64,000 bases of DNA, taken from the NCBI GenBank assembly GCA_046290225.1, contig JBKAGE010000070.1, positions 160,001 to 224,000 on the forward strand. Direction: 5' to 3'. The notes beneath the pieces were generated by a model. It searched no databases and had not been told where the DNA came from. It saw only the letters and a program-made list of their open reading frames with translations. Made by a program: the position numbers and the translations under genes. Each line of letters opens with the position of its first letter. Position 1 is the stretch's first letter. Shown here piece by piece: positions 1 to 10,236 of this stretch. The stretch comes from Bradymonadia bacterium (GTDB lineage: Bacteria; Myxococcota_A; Bradymonadia; UBA7976; UBA1532).

Positions 1-96
1 CCCAACTTCAACGAGCTCGGGGTCGGTTACTTCTCGAGCCCCATCGGGGCATCACCCTTCGGTCACTATTGGACCCAGAACTTCGGCAGCCGTTAA
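1..96 (+). CDS. C-terminal fragment of a CAP/SCP-domain protein (truncated by window edge)
   Basis: Frame 1 reads PNFNELGVGYFSSPIGASPFGHYWTQNFGSR*. ELGVG and YWTQNFG are the typical CAP-domain C-terminal motifs. Confidence 0.75.
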   Translation, partial: PNFNELGVGYFSSPIGASPFGHYWTQNFGSR

Positions 97-100
97 ATCC

Positions 101-655
101 ATGACCCGCTCAACAGTCCTCCCCTATCTGCGCCCGGCCACCTGGCCTCATCTGAATCAGGTCCCTCATCACCCTCTGGCCCAGGTGGACGGCATCGACG
201 TCCCCATGGTGACCTACGTGGCTCAGGGCCCTGACGGCACCCGCCAGGTCATCACCCTCGAGGCCATGGCCCAGGGGGGCATCGAGATCGACGATCTCGC
301 CGCCGAGGGCACCCTCGCCCTGAGCCGGCTGGCCCTCGACTTCACCCCCAAACCGCTCGTGGAGACGGGGGGTACCCTGCTCATCTCTCTCGCTGACGAG
401 TGCGCCGCCGAGGCGGTGGGGTGCCCACCCTTGATGCACGCCGCCCACGAGGCTCTGGGCACTGAGCGGCTCGCCGCCGCCCTGCCTGCTCGAGGGGTCT
501 TGATGCTCGGCGACGGCCGCGACGAGAACGCCACCGCAGTGCTGAGTCAGTGGGCTTACGAGATCTATACCGAGGCGGGCCCAGCAGGGCTGACCCCTCA
601 CCTGCTCATGCTGCGGCTTGGTATCCCCGAAGGGGTGCTCTACCCCAGTCACTGA
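101..655 (+). CDS. Hypothetical protein, possibly DUF1444-like
   Basis: 184-aa ORF starting 4 bp after the CAP gene with GC3-rich codons. The AAEA...LAAALPARGVL segment loosely resembles DUF1444. Confidence 0.65.
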   Translation: MTRSTVLPYLRPATWPHLNQVPHHPLAQVDGIDVPMVTYVAQGPDGTRQVITLEAMAQGGIEIDDLAAEGTLALSRLALDFTPKPLVETGGTLLISLADECAAEAVGCPPLMHAAHEALGTERLAAALPARGVLMLGDGRDENATAVLSQWAYEIYTEAGPAGLTPHLLMLRLGIPEGVLYPSH

Positions 656-791
656 CCGCTCGACGCCCCCCACCTCGATGACTCATTTGGGTCAACCCCA
701 ATTACGTCAAATTCTGTTTCAGAAACGTGTCTACGTTACCGATATGGAGCGTGGTGATGACCACATTCAATCGCAAACAGTGGGGTAGGCA

Positions 792-2852
792 ATGCGTCTT
801 GACCGGCTCAAACTGAACACTCGAATCAGTCTCCTGCTGGCCATTCCAATACTGGCGCTGTGTATCACGGGCATCGGCAGCTTCTTCGAGTTGAGAGCCG
901 AGAGTCAGCAGGCCGATCGCGTGGCCCGCCTCGCCCAGCTCGCCCCCCAGCTCAGCGCCGTGGTGCACGAGCTTCAGCGAGAGCGTGGCAACTCCGCAGG
1001 GTTCCTCGGCAGCAAGGGCAAAGGTGTCTTCGTCGAGCGCCTGAGCAACCAGCGCGGTGTCACTGATACAGCCGTCACTCAGCTACGCGAACATCTCGCA
1101 GGGCTGGAAACTGATGCCTTCGACGCGTCGCTCACCACAAAGCTGGACGAGATCAGGACATCGCTCGATGGCCTCACTGCCCTCAGAGCCAAGGTGGCCG
1201 CTCAGTCGATCCCGCTCAAGGCGATGGCCACCCAATACACTGCCAGGATCCGCATGATTCTCGGCACCATCAATCAGATGAACGCCGCCACCGCCCAAAG
1301 CAAACTCGGCAGCCAGGTTGCGGCCTACATCGCCTACCTGGAGTACAAAGAGCGTGCAGGTCTCGAGCGGGCCATGGGGGCCAACGGTTTCGGCTCTGGC
1401 CAGTTCCGCCCCAATGTACACAGGCGATTTCTCACCCTGATGGGCGAGCAGCAAGCCTACCTCTCCACCTTCAAGGCCCTCGCTGATCCCAGCCTGGCCA
1501 CGCTCCACGAAACCACCGTCTCCGGCGAAACCATCGCCGCAGTGGATCGCATGCGTGAGCTCGCCGTGGCCAACGCCCACGGAGGCGACATCAGCAGCGT
1601 CAAGGGTGGCCAGTGGTTCGACACCATCACTGCCAAGATCGACAAGCAGTGGACGGTGGAGCAGGGCATCGCCAACTTCGTGGAGCAAGTGGCCCTGGAG
1701 ACTCAGGCGGCGGCGAACAGCACCATGTGGTGGACTCTGATCTTCAGCATCATGGTCATCGTTGTCACCCTGGTCACAGGTCTGAGCCTGACCCGATCCA
1801 TCACCCGGCCCATGAGGGGCTTGCAGAACAGCATGTTCATGCTCGCCCAGGGCCAGCTCAACATCGAAGTCGAGGGCATGCATCGCACCGATGAGCTGGG
1901 CAGGATGGCTCAGACGGTGGAGATCTTCCGTCAGAATGCCTTGGAACTCTCCACCGCACGCAGCGAACAGGTGGAAGCGGAGTCACGGGCCCTGGCAGAG
2001 CGTCAGGCCACGTTGAAGGAGACGGCCGATCGCATCGAGCGTCAGGCCCTCTCGGCGATGACGCACGTGAAGTTGGGCACGCAGGAGATCGACACCGTAT
2101 CCCACAACATCAAGCACACCGCATCGCAATTGAGCAGCGACGCAGACGAGGCCACAGAGGCCGCTCAAACCGCTCTGCGCAGCGTGAAGCAAGTCGCCGA
2201 CGAGATTCACATCCTCACCGAGGCCATCGACGAGATCACCTCACAGGTCGGCGAGTCGTCAGATGTCATCTATCAGGCCCTCGCGGTGGCGGGCAAAACG
2301 CAGGAGATCGTAGGCAGCCTCGCCGAGAGCGCCCAGGAGATCGGCGACGTGGTGGGGCTCATCGACGAGATCGCCGAGCAGACGAACTTGCTGGCATTGA
2401 ATGCCACCATCGAAGCCGCCCGGGCAGGCGAAGCGGGCAAGGGTTTCGCCGTCGTTGCTGACGAGGTGAAGAACCTCGCCAATCAGACCGCAGATTCCAC
2501 TCACCAAATCACTGATCGGGTGAGCGCGATTCGCGAAGTGACTCAGACCGCGGTGAGCACGCTCAACGAGATGGTGACCATCATCCAGCGGATGGGCGGG
2601 ATCTCCACCAGCATCAACCTGGCGGTCGAAATGCAGAAGGCCTCTGCAAAAGAGATCGATGACCACACGCAGGAGGCCACCCGCACATCACAGCAAATGA
2701 GCGAGCAGATGAGCCGTATGGCCACACATGTCTGCTCGGCAGCAGCGGTGGCAGAGCAGGTGGAGGCCGCCGCCGAGGTCCTCACCCTGAACGTACGCCA
2801 AATGGACGAGACGCTGGTGTCCATCGTGAACGAGAGCACGATGGCGGCCTGA
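792..2852 (+). CDS. Methyl-accepting chemotaxis protein with NIT (nitrate/nitrite-sensing) domain
   Basis: Two TM helices; NIT motifs VHELQRERG and [13 protein letters not shown] (DELGRMA); MCP tip [37 protein letters not shown]. Confidence 0.93.
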   Translation: MRLDRLKLNTRISLLLAIPILALCITGIGSFFELRAESQQADRVARLAQLAPQLSAVVHELQRERGNSAGFLGSKGKGVFVERLSNQRGVTDTAVTQLREHLAGLETDAFDASLTTKLDEIRTSLDGLTALRAKVAAQSIPLKAMATQYTARIRMILGTINQMNAATAQSKLGSQVAAYIAYLEYKERAGLERAMGANGFGSGQFRPNVHRRFLTLMGEQQAYLSTFKALADPSLATLHETTVSGETIAAVDRMRELAVANAHGGDISSVKGGQWFDTITAKIDKQWTVEQGIANFVEQVALETQAAANSTMWWTLIFSIMVIVVTLVTGLSLTRSITRPMRGLQNSMFMLAQGQLNIEVEGMHRTDELGRMAQTVEIFRQNALELSTARSEQVEAESRALAERQATLKETADRIERQALSAMTHVKLGTQEIDTVSHNIKHTASQLSSDADEATEAAQTALRSVKQVADEIHILTEAIDEITSQVGESSDVIYQALAVAGKTQEIVGSLAESAQEIGDVVGLIDEIAEQTNLLALNATIEAARAGEAGKGFAVVADEVKNLANQTADSTHQITDRVSAIREVTQTAVSTLNEMVTIIQRMGGISTSINLAVEMQKASAKEIDDHTQEATRTSQQMSEQMSRMATHVCSAAAVAEQVEAAAEVLTLNVRQMDETLVSIVNESTMAA

Positions 2853-2873
2853 GCCGGCTCTTCTTGCTCTCTT

Positions 2874-3998
2874 TCAGGCCTTCTCGCCAGTCTTGCGCGA
2901 CTGAAAGGCCGAAGCCCATTGTCCAAAGCGTTGAGGTGATGCCATGAGCCATGGTGTGAGGTGAAGACTCACCGCCCGCTTCACCCATACGTTGTCGATG
3001 CCCTCTTCGAGCACAGAGCGATCGCAGTTGAACCTCGTGTACTCGAGCTTCACCTGAATCACGGCGGCGATGCCTCGGGACGAGGGTGTGATCCGCGCCT
3101 CCCACTGCGGATAGACCTTCAATACATCCTTGATGGCCTGGCGAATGCCCGCTCTCACCTGGCTGACGTGTATGCCTTTGGGCGTCTGCAGTTCCTCTAC
3201 ATAGGATCTCCACGTGGCGTTTTCTGCGTCACGCAGTGCCAGGGCAATGCTGAGCTGGTCGAACTCTGAAGGGCCTGGCAGGGTGAAGGTGAAGGCTTCT
3301 TCCTGTGAGGCAGGTAGCAGCGCCTGAATCCCCTGTGGATACACACAATGCGCAGTGAGGCCACTGGCCTCGTCCCGCAGTTGCACGCTCATCCCCGGGT
3401 TGAGGGCCATCAGCTCATCGACCCGTTCGACGAGTGTTGTCCAACGGATGCCTGAGCACTCTGTGAAGAACTGGGGGTCCAGGGTGGCGTGAAAGGTCAA
3501 CGTCTCGGGCCATGGTTGCTCGCTCAACACCTCATGCTCAATCAAGCGCCCATCTTTGAAGCGCCACTTCCGTGTCTCCCCACCGTGTGTGTGCACGGCC
3601 CTGAGTGCGCTGCAGAGCGCATTGAACACAGGCATGCCGAAACAATACAGGGATGCTCTCGAGACGCGTTTCCATCCCCCCGCGCTCAACGTGCTCAGCA
3701 GCAACTCCAACTCTGCGCGCCCGTCCTGCGGGTGACACTTGTTCTGCCACCGAACGCCCACCAGCTCGAGGCTCAGAGAGTATGGGCGCTCGACCGTCAG
3801 GGTGGCCCCATCCACCTCACCGCGATCGTACAGCCCCAACATGAACTCCAGGAGCCCTTCGATGGTGGCCATCAGCGCCTGCTCATCACACCCACCGATA
3901 TACATACCGGGGCGTTTGCGGACCGCCTCCAGCGCCTCGAGCACCACAATACTGCTGGCATCATATGTGTACTCTGCCTCGTTCGACTGCTCTGACAT
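2874..3998 (-). CDS. Truncated, degenerate GyrB/ParE-like protein (GHKL + transducer region only, no TOPRIM)
   Basis: N-terminus YDASSIVVLEALEAVRKRPGMYIG is GyrB-diagnostic, with later TLSAGG, FNALC and ALNPG remnants. Only 374 aa. AGGTGA RBS upstream. Confidence 0.8.
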   Translation of the reverse strand: MSEQSNEAEYTYDASSIVVLEALEAVRKRPGMYIGGCDEQALMATIEGLLEFMLGLYDRGEVDGATLTVERPYSLSLELVGVRWQNKCHPQDGRAELELLLSTLSAGGWKRVSRASLYCFGMPVFNALCSALRAVHTHGGETRKWRFKDGRLIEHEVLSEQPWPETLTFHATLDPQFFTECSGIRWTTLVERVDELMALNPGMSVQLRDEASGLTAHCVYPQGIQALLPASQEEAFTFTLPGPSEFDQLSIALALRDAENATWRSYVEELQTPKGIHVSQVRAGIRQAIKDVLKVYPQWEARITPSSRGIAAVIQVKLEYTRFNCDRSVLEEGIDNVWVKRAVSLHLTPWLMASPQRFGQWASAFQSRKTGEKA

Positions 3999-4366
3999 GA
4001 CTCACCTTTTTCAAGGCGCACCTCGCCATCACCGGGATCACCCCAGCCACCGCGAGGGGCCGTTTTTCGTGTGAGCCTTCAGCGCCGAAAGCACAGTCAA
4101 GATACCGAAAAGCAAAGCGCACTTCAGGCTGCCCATCAGAGCGCCCGCGGGTGTTCAACCGGGACTGAACCAGCCCCTCACGGCGCACCAGATGCTGAAT
4201 AGGGAGCGGCTCGGCATCAGTGAGGGTAGTGGGCTCGCTGACTGCACACTGCGCAGCAACGCACGCTCAGGCCTGCTGTGAGGCGAGAAAAAAGTTGGCG
4301 CTGCTACCGAAAGCATGCGCCTTTACGGCCAGGCCTCATGCCCGTGAAGTTGAGCCGCCTTCCACC

Positions 4367-5167
4367 TCAGCTGAACATCGCCCCCATCTCCATCATCCAG
4401 CGCTCCGAGGCCTCGTCTGCAGGGAACATGAGCTCGAGCCTCAGCTCGTGCAGAGTCACCTCGCGGGCGCCACCGAACTGAGCGATCGTCGACAGAGTGG
4501 AGATGCATTGATCCCCCACCCTCAAGCGGGTGCAGACCACAGGCTCGATCTGCTCCACGGGATCGTGCACGTGGGGTGGCAGCGATTCGACGACGGCCTG
4601 CAAGCGACCGAGCAGCGCCTCGAGATCGGCGTCCTGGCTCACGGCCACCTCACGTCTCAAGCGCATATAGGCATGCCAGACCAGCTCCTCCCAGTTCTCG
4701 ACCAGGGCCTTCACCTGGGGGCTCACGAGCCAGTCCAGGGCGCTCACCCCCGGAGCGATGCCAAGGAGGCCCTGGGCAGGGCCGTTGGCCTGTACCACTG
4801 TCCAGAGACGATCAAAGACCACCGCGGGCAATGGGGCGTGGCGGGCGAGCATCTGATCGATGACCCGGCGAAAAGGTGCCATACGCGCCTCGTCAAGGCT
4901 CTCCTCGGGCCACGCCGGCGGCAGACCTGCGGCAAGGAGCAGGTCGTTGTGGCCCCTCGGGGGAATGTCCATGGCCTCGGCCAGACGCATGATGAGGGCA
5001 GCCCCTGGCCGAGATCGTCCAGTCTCGATGAAGGAGACGTGTCGTGGAGAAGCCCCAGCTTTGAGGGCGAGCTCGAGCTGGCTGAGGCCTCGCAGCTTGC
5101 GCCAATGACGCAGCTGCTGGCCAAAGGGTGTGGAGAGACGTTCAGTTTTGGCAGATGTGGCAGTCAT
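4367..5167 (-). CDS. XRE-family HTH transcriptional regulator with MmyB-like ligand-binding domain
   Basis: FGQQLRHWRKLRGLSQLELALKAGASPRHVSFIETGRSRP HTH; C-terminal HAPLPAVVFDRLW and ELRLELMFPAD. Start placed at MTATS. Confidence 0.9.
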   Translation of the reverse strand: MTATSAKTERLSTPFGQQLRHWRKLRGLSQLELALKAGASPRHVSFIETGRSRPGAALIMRLAEAMDIPPRGHNDLLLAAGLPPAWPEESLDEARMAPFRRVIDQMLARHAPLPAVVFDRLWTVVQANGPAQGLLGIAPGVSALDWLVSPQVKALVENWEELVWHAYMRLRREVAVSQDADLEALLGRLQAVVESLPPHVHDPVEQIEPVVCTRLRVGDQCISTLSTIAQFGGAREVTLHELRLELMFPADEASERWMMEMGAMFS

Positions 5168-5202
5168 GCGGTCATCTTCGCCCATGGAGGGCATGAAATC
5201 AC

Positions 5203-5217
5203 TTCCCTCAAGGGGAA
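5203..5217. promoter_or_regulatory. Putative operator TTCCCT-N3-GGGGAA upstream of the XRE regulator
   Basis: Near-perfect palindrome about 35 bp upstream of the regulator start; a second copy lies at 6644-6658. Confidence 0.45.
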
Positions 5218-5222
5218 GGACC

Positions 5223-6545
5223 TCACGGCATGGGCGGCGCGGCGACGTCCAGCTGAAGCCACGTGAAGTCACACAGCTGCACAACTGCACCTTCGACGAG
5301 GGGCAACGTCGCAGTGAGGGTGTAGCGGCCCTCGGGCACAGGGGCATTGCAATCGGTCTCTACAGCCGACACCCGAGCCCACGGCGAGATCGTCGACGCC
5401 CCCTGAGGATCGAGGCTCACCGTTTTGGGCATGCCCGTGCGCTCACAGGGGCCTGCCATACACACATCGTACGGATCGTGCCCTTCGGGCAGCCCTGCCC
5501 AGAGCGCCTCGCCGGCAGGACACTGATCGACGACGTCGAAGCTCAAGGGCTGCTCAGTGTAGTTGCGGCCCTCCAGGCTGATGCCGGCGGTGCGGTTCGC
5601 GAACCTCTCCTGGTTGATACACACACCACTCCTCAGGTCAGGCCAGGCACCCCCTATGGCGAAGACGCCCACGTCACACACACGGTCTCCTGGAGCGTCG
5701 CAACGAGGTGCCACTGGCGGCACGCTGCAGCCCTCTTGACCGGTGACGCATACCCCTGAGACGGGATCAGCGAAGGCCACCTCTTCACCACACACCAGCT
5801 CAGCACAACAGGCCTCGTTCACCGACTCTCCCGTGGGGCTGACGCACACACCTTCACGGCGCCATGCCCCAGCACAGGCGGCCTCTGCGCGGCAATCAGT
5901 CGGTTCGAAGCAACCCGGATCAGGCACACAGCCCTGCTCAGGGTCGAACCTGCCATTGCCGCAATCACAGGCGAAGGTGCAGTCCTCAGCGCAGTCTCCT
6001 TCCACCCCTTCGGCCCAGGTGCCGCAGCTCTTGGGGCCGCACGCGATCACCCAGCGGCCACGGGTGCCCTCGCACAGCGCCTGGGCGCCCTGCTCGAAGC
6101 AGGCCCCGGCCCGCATGGGTGTGTGAAACGCCGTGATTGCGGCGCAGCGGTTGGGCCACGTGGCGCAGAGCGTGCCGCACACGGGCTCGTCGACGCCGAG
6201 CAGCCGGTCGTCGGGCACACACTCACCGTCCATACAGACATAGCACTCGTCGCACAGTGTCTCCTCACAGGGATCCCCAGGCGGTGTCGCGTCGGGCACC
6301 TCGGCATCGGACTCGCCCATGCCCGGACCAGGGTCAGCATCAACCGCCTCAGGGCTCGCATCTGGTCGGGGCAGCTCATCACGTGAAGGCGCGAAGGCAT
6401 CGCTCGGCTCTGATTCGGTCCCTGCGTCGAAGAGCACCGAGCGTCCGCCATTGGGGCGCATGGGATCATCCTGATCCCGAGTGCGGCTGGACTCTGAACA
6501 TCCGAGACAGGTGAAGCACGATAGAAAGATCAGGTAGAGGCGCAT
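5223..6545 (-). CDS. Cysteine-rich lipoprotein
   Basis: Lipobox (MRLYLIFLSCFTCLGC), PDA/DAG acidic tether, then many Cys-rich modules. Confidence 0.8.
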   Translation of the reverse strand: MRLYLIFLSCFTCLGCSESSRTRDQDDPMRPNGGRSVLFDAGTESEPSDAFAPSRDELPRPDASPEAVDADPGPGMGESDAEVPDATPPGDPCEETLCDECYVCMDGECVPDDRLLGVDEPVCGTLCATWPNRCAAITAFHTPMRAGACFEQGAQALCEGTRGRWVIACGPKSCGTWAEGVEGDCAEDCTFACDCGNGRFDPEQGCVPDPGCFEPTDCRAEAACAGAWRREGVCVSPTGESVNEACCAELVCGEEVAFADPVSGVCVTGQEGCSVPPVAPRCDAPGDRVCDVGVFAIGGAWPDLRSGVCINQERFANRTAGISLEGRNYTEQPLSFDVVDQCPAGEALWAGLPEGHDPYDVCMAGPCERTGMPKTVSLDPQGASTISPWARVSAVETDCNAPVPEGRYTLTATLPLVEGAVVQLCDFTWLQLDVAAPPMP

Positions 6546-6643
6546 GGTCGACACGGCTCGCTCCAACAGGGCTGCGTTTGGTGCCTACCCTAGATGGACC
6601 CCACGGCGATTTCTTACCGCGAAGCCTCAAAGAATCACCGCCC

Positions 6644-6658
6644 TTCCCTGGGAGGGAA
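6644..6658. promoter_or_regulatory. Putative operator TTCCCT-GGG-AGGGAA
   Basis: Perfect 6-3-6 palindrome 57 bp upstream of the membrane-protein gene at 6716. Confidence 0.45.
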
Positions 6659-6715
6659 TTGAGAGCATGACCTCAGGCGGCTCTACTGAGTGCACATCGA
6701 CCAAGGAGCCCTTCC

Positions 6716-7150
6716 ATGCAACGCAACCCCGCCCTCAAAGCCGCCATCTGCTTCGGCGCCCTCGTCTCGCTCACCCTCTTCGCCTCCGCGGTGGTGCCCA
6801 GCGATGCTTTTCTTACTGCATTGCTCAACCTCGTCTTCACCACAGATCCGGGCCCGGTGACCCCAGGCACCCGCCTCTGTATGGGCATGGCTGGGGGGAT
6901 CATGTTCGGCTGGATGGTGCATTTGTGGGCGCTGATGCCCCACGCTCGCCCCACAGATCGACAGCTCGCCAGGGCCTTGCTCACCGGGCTGGCGGCGTGG
7001 TTCGTCGTCGACAGCGCCGCCTCGCTGATCAGCGGAGGCGGGCTCAACGCCGTGGGGAATCTGGGCTTCTTGATGCTCTTCGGCCTGCCGCTGATGGGGC
7101 CGGCACGCAAGGCAGAGGCAGGGGGTGGGCTTCAGTCGACTACAGGCTGA
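6716..7150 (+). CDS. Small integral membrane protein (about 4 TM)
   Basis: AAGGAG RBS, four hydrophobic segments, WFVVDS and NAVGN motifs. Confidence 0.8.
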   Translation: MQRNPALKAAICFGALVSLTLFASAVVPSDAFLTALLNLVFTTDPGPVTPGTRLCMGMAGGIMFGWMVHLWALMPHARPTDRQLARALLTGLAAWFVVDSAASLISGGGLNAVGNLGFLMLFGLPLMGPARKAEAGGGLQSTTG

Positions 7151-10100
7151 TACTGGAAGCCCTTGTACTTCACGCGGAAGAACACCGCGTAGAGCACCGG
7201 CACCACGCCGAGGGTGAGTGCGGTGGCGAAGATGAGGCCGAACAAGATGGCCACGGCCATGGGCTCGAACATGGGTCCGCCACCGAGCCACAGCGGGATC
7301 AACCCGCCCACGGTGGTGGCGGTGGTGAGCAGGATCGGCCGGATACGGCGCTGACACGCCACGATGATCGCCTGATCCGGGCTCAGCCCGTTCTCCTCGA
7401 TCTCGAGCTTGATCCGCTCGATGAGCACGATGGCGTTGTTGATCACGATGCCCGCCAGCGACACCACCCCCAGCAAGGTCATGAAGCCGAAGTAGGACCG
7501 GGCGATGATGAGCCCCGCCACCACCCCGATCATGCCCAAGGGGATGGTGAGCAGGATGATGGCCGGCCGCCTGATGGAGTTGAACTGGGCCACCAGCAGC
7601 AAAATGATGAGCAGCAAGGCGATGGGCATCTTGGCGCCGATGGAATCGTTGCCCTTCGACGAGGCCTCCACGTCACCGCCCACCTCAAAGCGGAAGTCCG
7701 GACCCTGAGTCTTGAGGTGCGCCTCGAGCCAGGGGGCCATGATGGCGTTGATCTGCACCGCGGTGACCCCAGGATCAAGGAAGGCCTGCACGGTGTAGAC
7801 CCGCTCGCGATCCCGACGCCGGATGATCGAGGGCTCCCAGGCTGCGCTCACTGTACCCACCTGCTCGAGGGGGACCGAGCGCCCGGTCTGCTGCACGAAC
7901 ATGTTCAGGCCTTCGACCTTGGTGACGTCGTTGCGCTCCGCGAGCTCGCTGCGCAGGGTGATGGGGATCAGCTCGGTGCCCTCGCGGTATTGCGAGGTGT
8001 CGAGGCCGGTGAGGCTGGTCTGCAGCGAGACGGCGATGTCCTGGCTGCTCAGCCCCGCTCGGCGCGCTCGAGCCTGGTCGATGTCCACCTTGAACTTCTT
8101 GGCCCAGCGCCCCCAGTCGTCGCTGACGTTGCGCACCCCGGGCACCGTGGCCAGCTTGGCCTTCACCTGCCCCACCACGTCGAGCAGCGCAGGGTTGCCG
8201 TCGGCGTAGATGCGGAACTCCACCGGGGCTTTGGTGGGCGGCCCGTTGGCGAGCGGCTTGGCGGTGACCTTCGCCTCGGGGAATGTCTCGAAGACGAAGT
8301 CGGCGATCTCCTCGTTGAGGGTGTCCACGTGGGGCCGGGTGGCGTTGTCCACGATGATGATGGCGTAGTTGTCCGCCGGCGGTGAGGGGTTGAAGCTGAG
8401 CACGAAGCGCGGCCCACCCTGGCCGATGAAGGTGTTCCAGACCTTCACGCCGTCGGGCCATGTGCCATCTTCGTTCTGCTTCACCACCTTCTTGGCGATC
8501 AACTTCTCGATCTCCACCGCGACCTCGGAGGTACGCTCGATGGGCGTGCCCTGAGGCAGCTCCAGCTCGATGACGCTGTAGGTCTGATCCGAGGGCGGGA
8601 AGAAGATGAAGGGGATGATCTTGAAGCCCTGCATCGACCCGAGGAACACCCCAATGACGAGCAACACGGTGACGAACTTGAAGCGCAGGGCAGGCATGAG
8701 CACAGCCCGATAGAGCCGATATCCGAGGCTGCCGAAGAGGGGCCCGCCCCCGGCTTCTCGGGGCTTCACCTTGATGAACCACATGCTCAACAGCGGGATC
8801 AGGGTGAGCGCGAGCACCCACGAGGCCATCAAGGTGATGGACACCACCACGAAGAGGGCGGCGGTGTACTCACCGACGTTGGACTCGGCGAGGTAGATGG
8901 GCAGGAAGGCCGCCGCGGTGGTGAGCGACGAGGTCAGCAGCGGGATCCGCAGCTCCTTGGCAGAGTCGATGGCGGCGTCGAAGGGCTTCATGCCCGACTC
9001 CATGCGCACCATGATGCTCTCTGCCATCACGATGGCATTGTCCACCAACAGACCCAAGGCGATGATCAGGGCCGCGAGGCTCATCTGGTTGAGCCCCTCA
9101 CCGACAGCGCCCATCATCAAGATGGCGGCAATGATGGCTGTGGGGATCAGCGAGGCCACCACCAGACCGGTCCGCAGGCCCAGGGTGAGCAGCATCACCA
9201 CGATGACCAGCCCGATGGCCTGGAGCAGGTTCTCGACGAACTCGCCCACCTTCTTCTCCACCGCCTGGGGCAAGAAAGCGGTGACCTCCATCTCGATGCC
9301 CCAGGGATAGATGGACTCCATGATCTCCATGGCCCCCTTCACCTGCTCCCCGAGGGTGATGATGTTGCCGCCCTCGCGCATGGAGATGGCGAGGCTGAGG
9401 CCCTGATTGCCGTTGACCCGGTTGATGTCCGAGGCCGGATCCACATAGCCCCGACGCACATCGGCGATGTCACCGAGGTAGACCAGGCCGCCTCCAGGGG
9501 TCTGGATCAAGGTCTGCTTAAGCTCGTCGACGGACTCGAAGTTGCCTGAGGGCTCGAGGGCGATGCGCTCGGGGCCGATGCGCACGTACCCACCGGGGAT
9601 GACGATGTTTCTGCTGGCGAGCACGGCCTGCAGGATGCCCGGTGACAGCCCCACCTCGGCGAGGCGAGCGTTGCTGTACTCGATGAAGATGCGCTCCTCT
9701 TGCACACCGAAGATTTGCACCTTGGCCACGTCGGGCAGCCGCAGCAGCCGTTTGCGCGATTTCTCGGCCACGTCTTCCAGCTCGGCAGGGGTAAAACCGT
9801 CTCCGGTCATGCCCACCACGATGCCGAAGACGTCGCCGAACTCGTCGTTGATGAAGGGGCCCGCCACGCCATCGGGCAGCGACGGCTTCACATCGTTGAT
9901 CTTGCGGCGCAGGCGGTCCCAAACCTCGCGAACCTTCTCGGGGGGCGTGGTCTCCTTGAGGTTGACGAACATGACCGAGAGGCCGGTCTTGCTGTTGCTG
10001 TTCACGAAGTCGAGTTCGGGGATCTCCATGACCACCTCTTCGAGGCGATCGGTGACGAGCTCTTCCACACGCTGAGGGCTGCCCCCGGGGAAGAAGGTCT

Positions 10101-10236
10101 GCACCAGGGCGGTGCGGATCGTAAAGCCCGGATCCATCGAGCGGGACATGTTCTGGTAGGTGGTGAAGCCTCCGAGGAGCACCACCAGCACAGCGACGAG
10201 GGTGACGCGGTTGTTGATGAGGGCAAACCGCGTCAT
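7132..10236 (-). CDS. RND efflux transporter permease subunit (AcrB/AcrD/AcrF family)
   Basis: 1034 aa; GLLVDNAIV, GIVINNAIVL and RIRPILLT motifs. Confidence 0.96.
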   Translation of the reverse strand: MTRFALINNRVTLVAVLVVLLGGFTTYQNMSRSMDPGFTIRTALVQTFFPGGSPQRVEELVTDRLEEVVMEIPELDFVNSNSKTGLSVMFVNLKETTPPEKVREVWDRLRRKINDVKPSLPDGVAGPFINDEFGDVFGIVVGMTGDGFTPAELEDVAEKSRKRLLRLPDVAKVQIFGVQEERIFIEYSNARLAEVGLSPGILQAVLASRNIVIPGGYVRIGPERIALEPSGNFESVDELKQTLIQTPGGGLVYLGDIADVRRGYVDPASDINRVNGNQGLSLAISMREGGNIITLGEQVKGAMEIMESIYPWGIEMEVTAFLPQAVEKKVGEFVENLLQAIGLVIVVMLLTLGLRTGLVVASLIPTAIIAAILMMGAVGEGLNQMSLAALIIALGLLVDNAIVMAESIMVRMESGMKPFDAAIDSAKELRIPLLTSSLTTAAAFLPIYLAESNVGEYTAALFVVVSITLMASWVLALTLIPLLSMWFIKVKPREAGGGPLFGSLGYRLYRAVLMPALRFKFVTVLLVIGVFLGSMQGFKIIPFIFFPPSDQTYSVIELELPQGTPIERTSEVAVEIEKLIAKKVVKQNEDGTWPDGVKVWNTFIGQGGPRFVLSFNPSPPADNYAIIIVDNATRPHVDTLNEEIADFVFETFPEAKVTAKPLANGPPTKAPVEFRIYADGNPALLDVVGQVKAKLATVPGVRNVSDDWGRWAKKFKVDIDQARARRAGLSSQDIAVSLQTSLTGLDTSQYREGTELIPITLRSELAERNDVTKVEGLNMFVQQTGRSVPLEQVGTVSAAWEPSIIRRRDRERVYTVQAFLDPGVTAVQINAIMAPWLEAHLKTQGPDFRFEVGGDVEASSKGNDSIGAKMPIALLLIILLLVAQFNSIRRPAIILLTIPLGMIGVVAGLIIARSYFGFMTLLGVVSLAGIVINNAIVLIERIKLEIEENGLSPDQAIIVACQRRIRPILLTTATTVGGLIPLWLGGGPMFEPMAVAILFGLIFATALTLGVVPVLYAVFFRVKYKGFQYQPVVD

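Noticed and set aside
4139..4230. Possible 6S RNA (GGTGTTC...TGAACC resemblance)
   Set aside because: No convincing long rod with central bubble and not in the usual zapA/ygfA context; kept only as a generic structured region.
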